A DNA stretch of 64,000 nucleotides from the sequence record PP886230.1, one strand, 5' to 3'. Of the stretch, positions 43,429-53,700 are shown in pieces; within the stretch, counting starts at the first letter, position 1; every line of letters starts with the position of its first letter. The notes beneath the pieces were generated by a model. It was not told the DNA's origin, ran no database searches, and worked only from the letters and a program-made list of their open reading frames with translations. Position numbers and translations under genes: made by a program.

Positions 43429-43620
43429 ATGTATAAAAACTTCTATATAAGTAAACTAAAAGAAAATGAACAAGTATGGATTAGATCTATAATTCCACTG
43501 GCATTTAATAGATATGCATTTAACAGATGTACCGAGATTGCTATAGACCCTTATAATATTAAAGAGAATGTACAGTATAATCAGTACTACTATATCTTAA
43601 TGCTTATATATAGAAAGTAA
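43429..43620 (+). CDS. Minigene array unit 21
   Basis: MYKNFY...FNRCT...LIYRK. Confidence 0.8.
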   Translation: MYKNFYISKLKENEQVWIRSIIPLAFNRYAFNRCTEIAIDPYNIKENVQYNQYYYILMLIYRK

Positions 43621-43637
43621 TTAAACACATAGAGACA

Positions 43638-43727
43638 GGGGAAGCTCCTAGTGAACAACCTTTATGTACAGGCGAATTGTTAAAATTCAGCCTGGACAAA
43701 TGCGATCACTAGGATTCTCCCCAGGCT
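43638..43727 (+). ncRNA. Candidate structured RNA downstream of the minigene array
   Basis: Nested stems GGGGA/TCCCC, TCCTAGTGA/TCACTAGGA, AGGC-GAATT/AATTC-GCCT. Confidence 0.4.
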
Positions 43728-44030
43728 AAACCCCGTAATCATAGGTAGTCATAAGTAATCATATATAAACATTTATATGAGCACCGTAGAATCACAGAAT
43801 GATTATATATGATTCAGTACTGATTAGTATAGACAAGATTGCTCAAGAATGCACGGAAATGTGTGTGAATGATTCAGTACTGATATGCCACTAAGTAGGC
43901 AGAGGAAGTCTGCCGTACTTTGTAGTTTCCAAGCTCCTTTTCCATTTTGTAAATTACATCAAATGTAATCAAAAGTAATCACGCAATGATTAGTACTGAA
44001 TTATTACTTTCACCTTAATTACAATTACCC

Positions 44031-44050
44031 TTTTACCCTTCGGGGTAAAA
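44031..44050. terminator. Perfect hairpin TTTTACCC-TTCG-GGGTAAAA
   Basis: 8-bp stem with cUUCGg loop; role uncertain. Confidence 0.5.
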
Positions 44051-44258
44051 TTCAATTACCCCTTGAGGCTCCAGCAAAAAGTTGGTTAGTACTCCATCCT
44101 AAATCTCGATCCTAAAAATTTTGGAGTACCTATGAAATAAAAGTTGGATCTTCGAAAGTTGAAATTTACGTTGGGACGTTTATGATTTGTGGGATATAAT
44201 GATGTTTGTAGACGGGTAGTTCTCAAGAATATCAGTACTGAATGGTGAAAGAAAGTTA

Positions 44259-44390
44259 TTGACATTATGATTCAGTACTGTATAATGTTTTACATAGAGA
44301 GATGAGTTGCCGCAAACAATTCATTCACTCTACCTCCTGTCGTGAGACAGTACAGAAAGATAGTTCCTCCAATGGGTGGTACATCTTTTT
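44259..44390 (+). ncRNA. Promoter-driven ORF-less ~100-nt RNA with three hairpins
   Basis: TTGACA-16-TATAAT; ATGAGTTG/CAATTCAT; CTGTC-GTGA-GACAG (GNRA); terminal stem plus TTTTT. Confidence 0.5.
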
Positions 44391-44691
44391 GAACCTCATA
44401 TGAAAATTGTAATAACAGTACTGATATTAACAGAATGGTGTCAGTACTGATTTTAATCTAAAGCATTATGCCACCAGCACAAGCTGGTGGATTCCCTCTA
44501 ACAGTATTCAGTACTACATGATAGTCTTCATCCTCCTAGGGTAACATAGTGAGGGCTATGATGGCAGTACTGAATACTCCCTTTCAAAAGATAGATCTAT
44601 GGTATAGTACTGACGGATTTTGGGCGTAGTTACCCTGGATGGATTTTGGACGTAGATATGTCTAGCCCTCCAGAAGTCTGGAAGTAAAGAT

Positions 44692-44794
44692 GGCTATCCA
44701 TCTAGACGGCTAAACGGCTAGATTTCTGGATGGCTAGACGTTTGGACGGCTAAACGGCTAGATGGGTACACGTCTGGAAGTATAGACGGCTAAA
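44692..44794. repeat. Iteron-like repeats GACGGCTAAA(CGGCTAGAT) at 44705, 44745, 44785
   Basis: Exact 40-nt phasing; seven GGCTA cores in ~100 nt. Confidence 0.8.
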
Positions 44795-44965
44795 TCAAAA
44801 TTTTATTTTGTTTTTCCAATAGTTCCCCTACCGCGTGGGGATAGTTTCCCCGCAGTATCTGAAGTTAGATTTTTCTGAATCTGGAATCATTATCTTATAA
44901 ACTGGGGGCAATGTCAACGGCCTGGCCGGATATTTTTAAAAATTTTTTCAGTACTGAATTTTGGG

Positions 44966-45232
44966 CGTAACTATGCACCCGATGGGCTTGAGTCTTTCTC
45001 GACTTGATGGAACTATTATACAGTACTGAAAAAATAAAGCAATACCCTGGAAGCAAAAAAGTTTTAATTAATTTGCTTGCTATCCTGGGCCGGACTATGG
45101 TACTATATTTCAGTACTGAGAAAGTGCGTTTACCTGCTAGGGTGCGGGAGTCTATCCTTTTTTTATATCTTGAATTTTGGACGGATCTTCCCACCCCCTG
45201 GGGTATCCGCTTTCTCGCGTCTATGTAGTAAT
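44966..45232. ncRNA. sRNA family B copies 1-3 (minus 44966-45009, plus 45110-45160, minus 45180-45232)
   Basis: Each follows its own promoter; core CCC-NNN-GGGTG; copies 2 and 3 are variants. Confidence 0.5.
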
Positions 45233-45410
45233 TATACGCTTTTTCAGGATCAAGTCAATACCTAAAAACAAAATAATTGAAAATAATTTAACGCGTTTAA
45301 ACGGCCCGTAACGCCCTGGATTGTTGGGAGTGGTGCAAATGTATAGCTTAGGTGTATTAATGCGTTAGAATGCGTCTGAGGCCGTTTTATGGGGTGTAGT
45401 AGTGATTTGG

Positions 45411-45503
45411 TTGATTCAGTACTGAATAATAGTACTCCTATATAGAAAGATAGTTCCCCTGGATTGATTCAGTACTGAATAATAGTACTCCTATATAGAA
45501 AGA
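45411..45503 (+). repeat. Exact 40-bp direct repeat (45411-45450, 45464-45503), each copy with two AGTACT
   Basis: TTGATTCAGTACTGAATAATAGTACTCCTATATAGAAAGA x2. Confidence 0.9.
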
Positions 45504-47054
45504 AAACTATTTTAAAAGTATTTGTAGAAAGTACTTGCACCGTACTGATAAAAGCGTATAATGTTTTACATCGAGAGCGGGAACACTTCCCGCTACACTT
45601 TAAGAGAGATTAATACGATGGCAACTCAAATCACCAAAATTATTGCTAACCTGGTTAACTTCCGCGACGAGATGAAAGATCTTCCGGCGGCGACGGTTAA
45701 AACTCACATTGACGCATACCGCGAACTGATTAAAATGCTGCCGCTTAAGCGTGAACAATACGCCGCTACCGTGATGCTTGATGCGATGATCCATAAGATG
45801 ATCGCCAGTGATTTGACGATGGTTTATCAGTATATGGGCGAAAATTTCGCGGTGTGTAGTAAGCCAGTACCAGGGATGGCAACAACTGAGGAATTGCACG
45901 GCTTAAACTTAAAACAAGATGCATGGGATAATATGCCTCGTTTCCTGGTATGGGCTGACAGTGGCAAAATTTACAAATAAGTTTAATAAAGTACTTGCAA
46001 ACTATGTTTAATGGCGTATAATGTTTTACATCAGGTGGGGAATAGTTCCCCACTATATAAGAGGATTAAAAAAAAATGGCTAAATCAAAAATGTTCTTAG
46101 GTCACAAAAACAAAACTCATTGGAATGTAAGCCTGTGGATTAATAACGATGAGGGATTGTATCGGTTGGCCCTGGACTTTATTGCCGCCAATACTAATCG
46201 CAATGATGCGGCCCGTCATATGATGTTATTTTTAGAACAGACTGGACAAGATAAAACACCGGACGGATTCAAATATAGCACTACTGCGATCCGTGCGGCG
46301 ATGGTTGGAATGTAATAGAATAGAATTTATTTAAAGTACTATTGCACGGGGATAGTACTTTATAATAGTGTTTTATTCATACACCAACGATAAGGGCAAC
46401 AGCATGAATATTAAGTATTTTGCGACGCGTGAACAAGCTCGGATCGCCGCTCGCCAGGACGGGGCAACGTTTAAAGATATGGGCGTACAATCGGAACGTG
46501 GTAAACGTTGGGCCATTGTAAAGCGTAGTACCGCCAGATCATTACAGTACTGGTTAGCGGCCTTAAAAAGTCCCGATAGTGTATCGCGTCGAGTGGTAGA
46601 AATAAAGCTCGACCGAAAGGGCAACCGCGTGACCGTGTACCGTACTAAAAAGATTGCAGTACTTGAATAAAAAGTACTTGCAAACTATGTTTAAAGGCGT
46701 ATAATGTTTTACATCGAGAGCGGGAACTCTTCCCGCCTATAACCTGGAGTAATAAAAATGACTAATATGTATATGACTGAAGTTAAAACCGTAAAAGATA
46801 CTACCACGAATAAAACTACTTACTTACAGCGGATCTGTGGTGTATGGCAACGTATCAGCAAATCAAAGTACTTTAAATTAACATCATATGCAAACCGTTC
46901 TGATTCATTCAGTACTGAAATAAAAGGTAATAAAGTACACCAATACGGCACTTATTATTATTACAGCCTGGACGCGATTGCAGTATAAGCAGTTTACAAA
47001 TCTTTACAATTGCCGGTATTGACTTATTTTGTCAGTACTGGCATAATGTATTCA

Positions 47055-47160
47055 TTGGCAGATAAGCCGTAGCCCATAGGGTGCGGGAGTGTATCTATAG
47101 AAAAATTAGTTTAGTATAGTTACAATTGTGCACCCGGTGGGTTAGCTGTTGTCATGGGGT
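47055..47160. ncRNA. sRNA family B copies 4 (+) and 5 (-), convergent
   Basis: Cores at 47071-47084 and 47130-47143; promoters at 47019-47047 (+) and 47163-47191 (-). Confidence 0.6.
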
Positions 47161-47272
47161 ATATTATGCCAGTACTTGATAATGCTGTCAATACTTTTTT
47201 TTACTATCCAGTACAGAAAACTATTTTTAAAAAGTACTTGCAAACTATGTTTAAAGGCGTATAATGTTTTAC

Positions 47273-47348
47273 ATCAGGACGGGGGAACGAAATAAGTAAC
47301 TTCCCGTTAAGTAGCCCAGGAGTAAGGCACACGAAAAACTCCCCTGAT
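47273..47348 (+). ncRNA. Structured RNA family A copy 1
   Basis: ATCAGG/CCTGAT closing stem, two inner stems, no ORF, followed directly by the next promoter. Confidence 0.6.
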
Positions 47349-47416
47349 AAAATAGTTTGACAAATGTTTTTAAAAGCGTATAATACTTACATCAACTACT
47401 GAATGAGGGTTACAAA

Positions 47417-48028
47417 ATGAAAACTATCACTACTACTACTTTCGTTATGGATTTTTCTGAATTGAACGCAGAACAAAAAACGTCAGCTATCGAACTGGTT
47501 CGGGAACGTGAAAAAAACTCAAACGACAATTATTTTTCTGAAAGTGAAATTGAATACTATAAAGAAACAGTACTACCGGAATATGGCATTAATGACGCTG
47601 AAATACAATTCAGTGGCTTTTGGTCCCAGGGTGACGGTGCATCAATCAGTACTGACCACGTTGACGCAGTGAAGTTTTTACGCAAGGTAAGAGCATTAAC
47701 TAAGTATCGCTCAATCCGTCACTTGCTGAATGAAGATGATTTGGCGATGAGTGTAAAGCGTTCGCACTCCCACTACTCGCATGAGAATACTGTAAGCGGG
47801 TACATTGAATCGGCTTACACTGATTTAACCGCAAAACAAGAAACGTTAGTTAATGAGCTTGAGGAACTACTCACTGATACTATTCGTGAATTGTCCCGCA
47901 AGTTGTACCGTGATTTAGAGAATGCATATGAGGATCAATTCACTACTGAAAACATTACGGCACTGATTGAGGGTAACGAGTATCAATTCAATGTTATTGA
48001 TGGCGTAGTGGAATCAATCGAATATTAA
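47417..48028 (+). CDS. Conserved phage/plasmid protein with FSGFWSQGDGA motif
   Basis: Family recalled as often auto-labelled antitoxin of a TA stability system; the label is unverified. Confidence 0.55.
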   Translation: MKTITTTTFVMDFSELNAEQKTSAIELVREREKNSNDNYFSESEIEYYKETVLPEYGINDAEIQFSGFWSQGDGASISTDHVDAVKFLRKVRALTKYRSIRHLLNEDDLAMSVKRSHSHYSHENTVSGYIESAYTDLTAKQETLVNELEELLTDTIRELSRKLYRDLENAYEDQFTTENITALIEGNEYQFNVIDGVVESIEY

Positions 48029-48647
48029 TTTAAAAAGTACTTGCAAACTAAGTTTAAAAGCGTATAATACTTTATATCGAGAGCGGGAATAGTTCCCGCT
48101 ACTAATGAGGAATACTACAAATGAATACTTTTACCTTCGCTCAATTGAACGCCCTGGATGTATTGTCTGATGCTTTGCGGGATGCAACTGAAAGCGGTTT
48201 ATTTGACAATGTTGACATTCACCCTGATGTAATTAATAATTTTTGTGATGCTATCGCAGAAGTACTGGAAGATCTAAAAAAATAATAGAAAGTACTTGCA
48301 ATTAGTTTTTAGTACTGTATAATGTTTTACATAGAGGGGAGAAATGGTTCTCCCTGGTAATGAGGAAAATACAATGGCTAATATCACTACTCTTTCCCAA
48401 CTGGAAGCACTGGTTAAATCTATGCGGGAACATGCCGACAATATCGGCGTAAAAGATCCAGCCGTTTGCTTCTGCGACGAATTGAATGATGATACCCTGG
48501 TAATAGCAGAAGTCCAGGACGTTTCTAACTATTCCTCGCGTTACACTGGCGGCGTAGCAAATAAAGGTGACTTCTGTTTATACCTTACCAAATAACAACG
48601 CGGGGAGATAATAACTCCCCGTTACTTTTTCAGTACTGAATCATTTA

Positions 48648-48700
48648 ATAGACGGATCTCGGCACCCGGTGGGTTAGTGACTGTTTCGTCTTGATGTAGT
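48648..48700 (-). ncRNA. sRNA family B copy 6
   Basis: TTGACA-17-CATAAT on the minus strand; AGACG...AACCC-ACC-GGGTGC...CGTCT. Confidence 0.6.
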
Positions 48701-49718
48701 AATTATGCCAGTACTGGATGCACTTGTCAACAACTATTTTTCAAATACTTTTTATTAAAATACTTGCTAATAGTTTTTAAACGCGTATAATGTTTTGCAT
48801 AGGGGGAGCGGTTCCCCTGGTAACTAAGGAATAATAAAATGCTTGAACAAATCAAATCAACGTCTGCGAATGTAACGGGAACGGTTGTACACTTTACTAG
48901 TGATGAATCGCGGGGCGTTCCCTATTGTGCTGTACATGTAAACACTGATGGCAACTACTGGTTTACGGTTTACGGATCATATTCATTTGGACGACCAGGG
49001 CATCAAAAAATTCTGGATAAAGTACAGCCAACGGGTAAAAATATCACGGCTGAAATGTTTTATAAAAAATCATAAAGTACTTGATAATAGTTTTTAGTAC
49101 TGTATAATATTTTACATCGCAAGGGGGTAATGGTTCCCCCTGGTAACTAAGGATAATCAAATGAAAGTTGCATTCATCGCCCTGGCTTTATCTGTTTCCT
49201 CTTTTGCTGTTAATGCGTCGTTAGATGTAAGTAGTGAAAAATTCATTCAGTGCACTGTAGCAATGACAGATGAAAGTACTGGCGAGATTGTATTAAAGGA
49301 TCTGGAGATTCAGCCGGAAGCATTTAAAAACGGCCCGTTCCATGAAGAAGACGAAAACGGTAGCACAACAATTTATTATGATGCCAGTACTAAACGCGGG
49401 TCGGTCACTGTTATGGATACTGAGAAAGTAACTCATACTGGCGTTATTAATTGCCGTTGATAGATACTACGGGGTAACATCATGACTAAGCGAATTGTTT
49501 TACTTAACGAAAGCAGTACTACACAACTACTTAACGCCGTGCATTATGATATTGAAACGAGCGTTAATCTTATCAGTACTGTAGTACTGTTGGACACTGG
49601 AAAGGTCGCCAATGATAAAGCGATTGCAGGTATACTAACGGATCTTGAGCCTGGTAGCAGTGCACCAATAACGTTAAATGGTAAAGTGTTTAATATTTTA
49701 CTCACTGATTAAGTACAT

Positions 49719-49742
49719 AGCCCACCTGGTGGGCTTTTTTGT
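49719..49742 (+). terminator. Terminator TAGCCCAC-loop-GTGGGCT-T tract (also ~50447 and ~54609)
   Basis: Hairpin plus U tract after a stop codon. Confidence 0.8.
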
Positions 49743-49829
49743 TTTTGTAGTATCGTAGTACTGAGATACTTTGAAAATAGTTTTAAAAAAGTAGTTGACA
49801 TTACCGCAGAAAAGCGTAGAATGTATTAC

Positions 49830-49902
49830 ATCAAGACGGGGAGCACTAAGTAGACCGCCAGTAAGTCGAACGAAAAACTGGACACGTCGAGAAAACTTTG
49901 AT
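49830..49902 (+). ncRNA. Structured RNA family A copy 3, leader of the H-NS-like gene
   Basis: Shares TAAGTAG and stem-AAG-N4-ACGAAAA-stem with covarying stem. Confidence 0.5.
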
Positions 49903-49943
49903 ACACTAATAAACGTAAACTAAACTTTAATTGAGGATTTATA

Positions 49944-50426
49944 ATGGCTAATGTAAAATCATTCATCAAAGCACTGGTAGCAAATGAAACTAACGTCGCG
50001 GCTGAGATCCTGGCTGAACTGGATAACGATACCATGAAAGCGGTACGCAATAATTTTAACATCGCGTACAGTACTGCGAAAGAACTACAAGCAAATAAAG
50101 CGGCAGAAATTGAAGCGGCAAAGGCGGCCCGTGAAGCAGAACTACAAGCAACAATCGAAAGTATCCAGGCGGCGGTGTCTGGATTGGATCTGGAAGTGGT
50201 TGTGGAAATGGCACATAAAGCCCTGGCGGTTAAGTATGGTGAAGATAAGCCAGAATCTAAACCCAAAAAATGGATTCAGGAACGCGTAGCGGTAGTACTG
50301 GACAACGGGGAAGAATATCTGATTCCGGTGCGTGGTAACTGTATTGCGGTAGTACTGGACGCTATCAAAGAAAGCGGTATGACTCGCGAGGAATGGATCG
50401 AAGCTCATCGCAAAGTTGAAGCATAA
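49944..50426 (+). CDS. H-NS/StpA-like nucleoid protein with degenerate DNA-binding motif
   Basis: Coiled-coil N-terminus and basic linker. C-term VVLDNGEEYLIPVRGNCIAVVLDAIKESGMTREEW aligns by eye with H-NS [35 protein letters not shown]. Confidence 0.7.
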   Translation: MANVKSFIKALVANETNVAAEILAELDNDTMKAVRNNFNIAYSTAKELQANKAAEIEAAKAAREAELQATIESIQAAVSGLDLEVVVEMAHKALAVKYGEDKPESKPKKWIQERVAVVLDNGEEYLIPVRGNCIAVVLDAIKESGMTREEWIEAHRKVEA

Positions 50427-50710
50427 CAATTAAAGTACTGAATCACTAGCCCACTGTATAAGTGGGCTTTTTTGTGTTTATCGTTTACCAGGCCACCAGC
50501 ACCGCCTAGAAACGATTCTAACGCATTAAACGGATTATCTGATGCATTGCCCTAGCTGGTGGCGTTAAGGCTGTAAGAACGCGATTGAGAGCGTTTAAAG
50601 TATTTTGCAAAAAGTAATAAAAAGTACTTGAACGATTAAGAGATTAGCGTATAATGTTTTACATCGAGAGGGGGAAACGGTTCTCCTTCCAAATCAAAGG
50701 AATCAAAACA

Positions 50711-53700
50711 ATGGCTATTATCATTACTCGCGTATCTGGTACTACTGGCAACGAACAAGTAGTTGCAGTCATTACGAACAAGGCAGGTGCGGAATTGCAA
50801 AATGCAATGAATACCTGGGCCGTTAATGAGTTCGGTCAGTGGGCAAGTGTAGCATACATTGAAACCTATCAAGTGCCGTCGATTAGTTTAACTGATTTGG
50901 GCGTTGAGCGTATCCTTTGCCTTGATGAATTAAATTAAAAAAGTACTTGCAAAGTAAATCGAATAAAGTATAATACATTACATCAAGGGGAGAAATGGTT
51001 CTCCCCACTACAAGGAAACTAAAATGGCTATCATTACTAAAATCAAAGTTAGTAAATCACTGGTTAAACTTGAAGAAGTGAAAGAAGGTTATAAAGTATC
51101 TTGGTGCGGTATGTATCGGACGTTCGCAGATATAGATGATGCGATCAATTATTACACTGACACGGTTAAAAACTTTGTTCGTGCTGATGTGGTTATGGCA
51201 GTGGCAACATATAAAGCATCAAAAGAAAGTAAGTAAAAATATTATCACAGTACTATTGACATAGTTTGATAGTACTGGCATAATAACTTTTATCAAGACA
51301 ACTAAGAGGAAATTAAAATGGCTAACATCAATACTATAGCAGCACAAAATATCAACCTGTCTTCTGTTGAAGTTGTACATATTGCCGCTCGGCGTTGGTT
51401 CCAGGCTTCATATGGTAACACTTATTTCTCTTTAAGTGTAGACGTAGAAATTGATGGTAATTTTATTGAAGTAGTAAACGTGCCGTTCCAATATGGATAC
51501 GGGGATCATTTTGACACTGTAGCAATGGAAGAATTTAGCAAGGTTATTAATATGGAAGGTAAAGAGTTTTTACGCGGTTCTTATCTTTCCCGTTTTTGCC
51601 GTGATAATAATATCACTGTTTATAGTTCTGTTAGTGATGTTAAACGCAAAAAAGATCTTTAATTAGCTTTACTTTATGCAGATACTTTGATATAGTGTCT
51701 GCATAGGGGAAAGAAATTAAATTAACTTAAGAGGATAGTATAATGAAAAATATCAGTACTTTAATCGATGCAGGTACTCATGTTCGTCGGTCTATGGTTG
51801 CAACCAGTACTACAAAACAAGTAGCGAGCGGTTATCTTGTATTTGTGCACGATGGTAAACTCCTGGAACGTTCAATCAATTTTGATGTTAAAAACAATTG
51901 CCGTTTTATTATCTTTAAGCGTGAGCAATATAAAATTGATTTACCAGCAAAGCCCATTAGTGGGGCGTACAACGTGCAATCATTGTTTGAACGTCAACCA
52001 TACACCTATTAATCAAAACATCGTTAGCGGTCGATTCAGGCCGCTTATATTGGGGATTATACCATGAACGTTAATCAAGTACTGAATGAGATCGAAAGCA
52101 TCATTAAACCGATGAAGCGTACTGATGCTATGTTAACACCGGAAGAATGCCGCCTTTATGAGCGTTACAGCGTCGAACAAGTCCAGGCAATGGCTATGGC
52201 TACCCCAGCCGTTAAACCGCCTGAGAATGCGTTACAGGACGTTACAGGGGATTATATCATCAATCCAGTACTAGGGAAGATGGCTGCAATCACCGAAGAT
52301 CAACAAGACTACTTAAGCCAGTACTTAAAAGGTTAATTAATATGCTTACTGTACAGGATAAGATCGACATCTTAAAGGTTAATATGTATGTGATTGATGC
52401 AGAACCTGGTAAAGTATTTGCATACGATGATAGTACTGTAAGCGATTTCTACTATAGCCAGGCCGTGGGGGATCTTTCTGTACAGTCGGTTATTGAAAAC
52501 GTAGTTAATGCAGCGTATGAGCATTTACTTTCAAATAGTACTTGCAATTAGTTTTTAAACGCGTATAATGTTTTACATCGAGAGCGGGAATAGTTCCCGC
52601 CTCACTTTTAAGGAATATGAAATGAAAGCATCAAAAAAGAGTACTAACAAGAAAGCACGTTCAACCTTAGATGGGGTATTCCCTTTACGTTTCGTTGATG
52701 AAGTGGTTTCCTACCCGCCTGGCCTTACTCCTGAGATGGTAGAAAGTTTGCGTAAATCTAAAAAATAGTACTTGCAATTAGTTTTTAGTACTGTATAATG
52801 TTTTACATGAAGGGGAGAAATGATTCTCCCCAATAACAGGAGAAACAAAATGAAACAATACAACGCTCGGTTTGATGTTACTATCGGTAACGGCAAAGGT
52901 CAATTCTCTTTCAGTACTCGCCGCAGTTATACAGAAAACTTCCTGCGTAATTGTGCATTGACCGCCGCTCAAATTAAACATTATTTTCAGGCTAAAAAAT
53001 GAGATCATTAGCTTATTACAGTTCGGCCCTGGTCGGTGCATTGATCGCGGCGTTGTTAGTAACCTATCTATTCTTTATGGTGATTTAAATGAATCCTAAC
53101 GGTATAATTTACAGTACTCCTAAAACGAAAGCAGACAAGGTAAACGCTAAAAAAGCGAAAGTAAAGGAGTACATCAAACAAGGAATGACACGAAAGGCGG
53201 CGATTCTAAAAGCTAAAAATAAATGAAAAAGTGGTTGACTTCGGTCAGCCATTTTGCTATTATATATTCATTGAGAGATAGCTCACTAGCCCACAGGGTG
53301 CAGGAGTGTATCTATTGTATAATGTTTGAGTACTGAAAACTATTTTAAAGTATTTGATAAAAAGTACTTGCAAACTATCTCAATAAGCGTATAATGTTTT
53401 ACATCGCAAGGGGAAACGGTTTCCCCTAGTAATAAGGAAACGAATCATGACTATCTCAATTGCTCAATCTAACTTTGAAAATGAAATCATCGCCCAGGCA
53501 CTGCGTTTAAATGATGGTCGGGCCGAAATCAATTACGGTTTCAATTCAGGCGGTTGTGAAAAATATCAGTACTTTGTAACGGCTGATGGCGGTGTACTGG
53601 GCATCAATACAGTTATTGTAAACATACAGAAAATTAATTTCAATGATCCAGACGATAGCCAGTTTTACATCACTGGCGTAGACGTGAACTATGAGGATGA

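Larger units (their letters stand above)
45618..49712 (+). other. Early small ORFs 45618-45980, 46076-46315, 46404-46670, 46758-46988, 48121-48285, 48374-48595, 48839-49075, 49161-49460 (signal peptide), 49482-49712
   Basis: Most have their own promoter and RBS; starts corrected to the ATG after the RBS. Confidence 0.75.

Noticed and set aside
38829-43620. Minigene array as a CRISPR array
   Set aside because: The period is ~190 bp, the repeats are degenerate and codon-constrained, every spacer is an open frame, and no cas genes are present
43894-43920. Type I-F CRISPR repeat mimic (TAGGCAG...CTGCCGTA)
   Set aside because: The arms are in the reverse order relative to the I-F repeat and the GTTCA/CTTAGAAA flanks are missing
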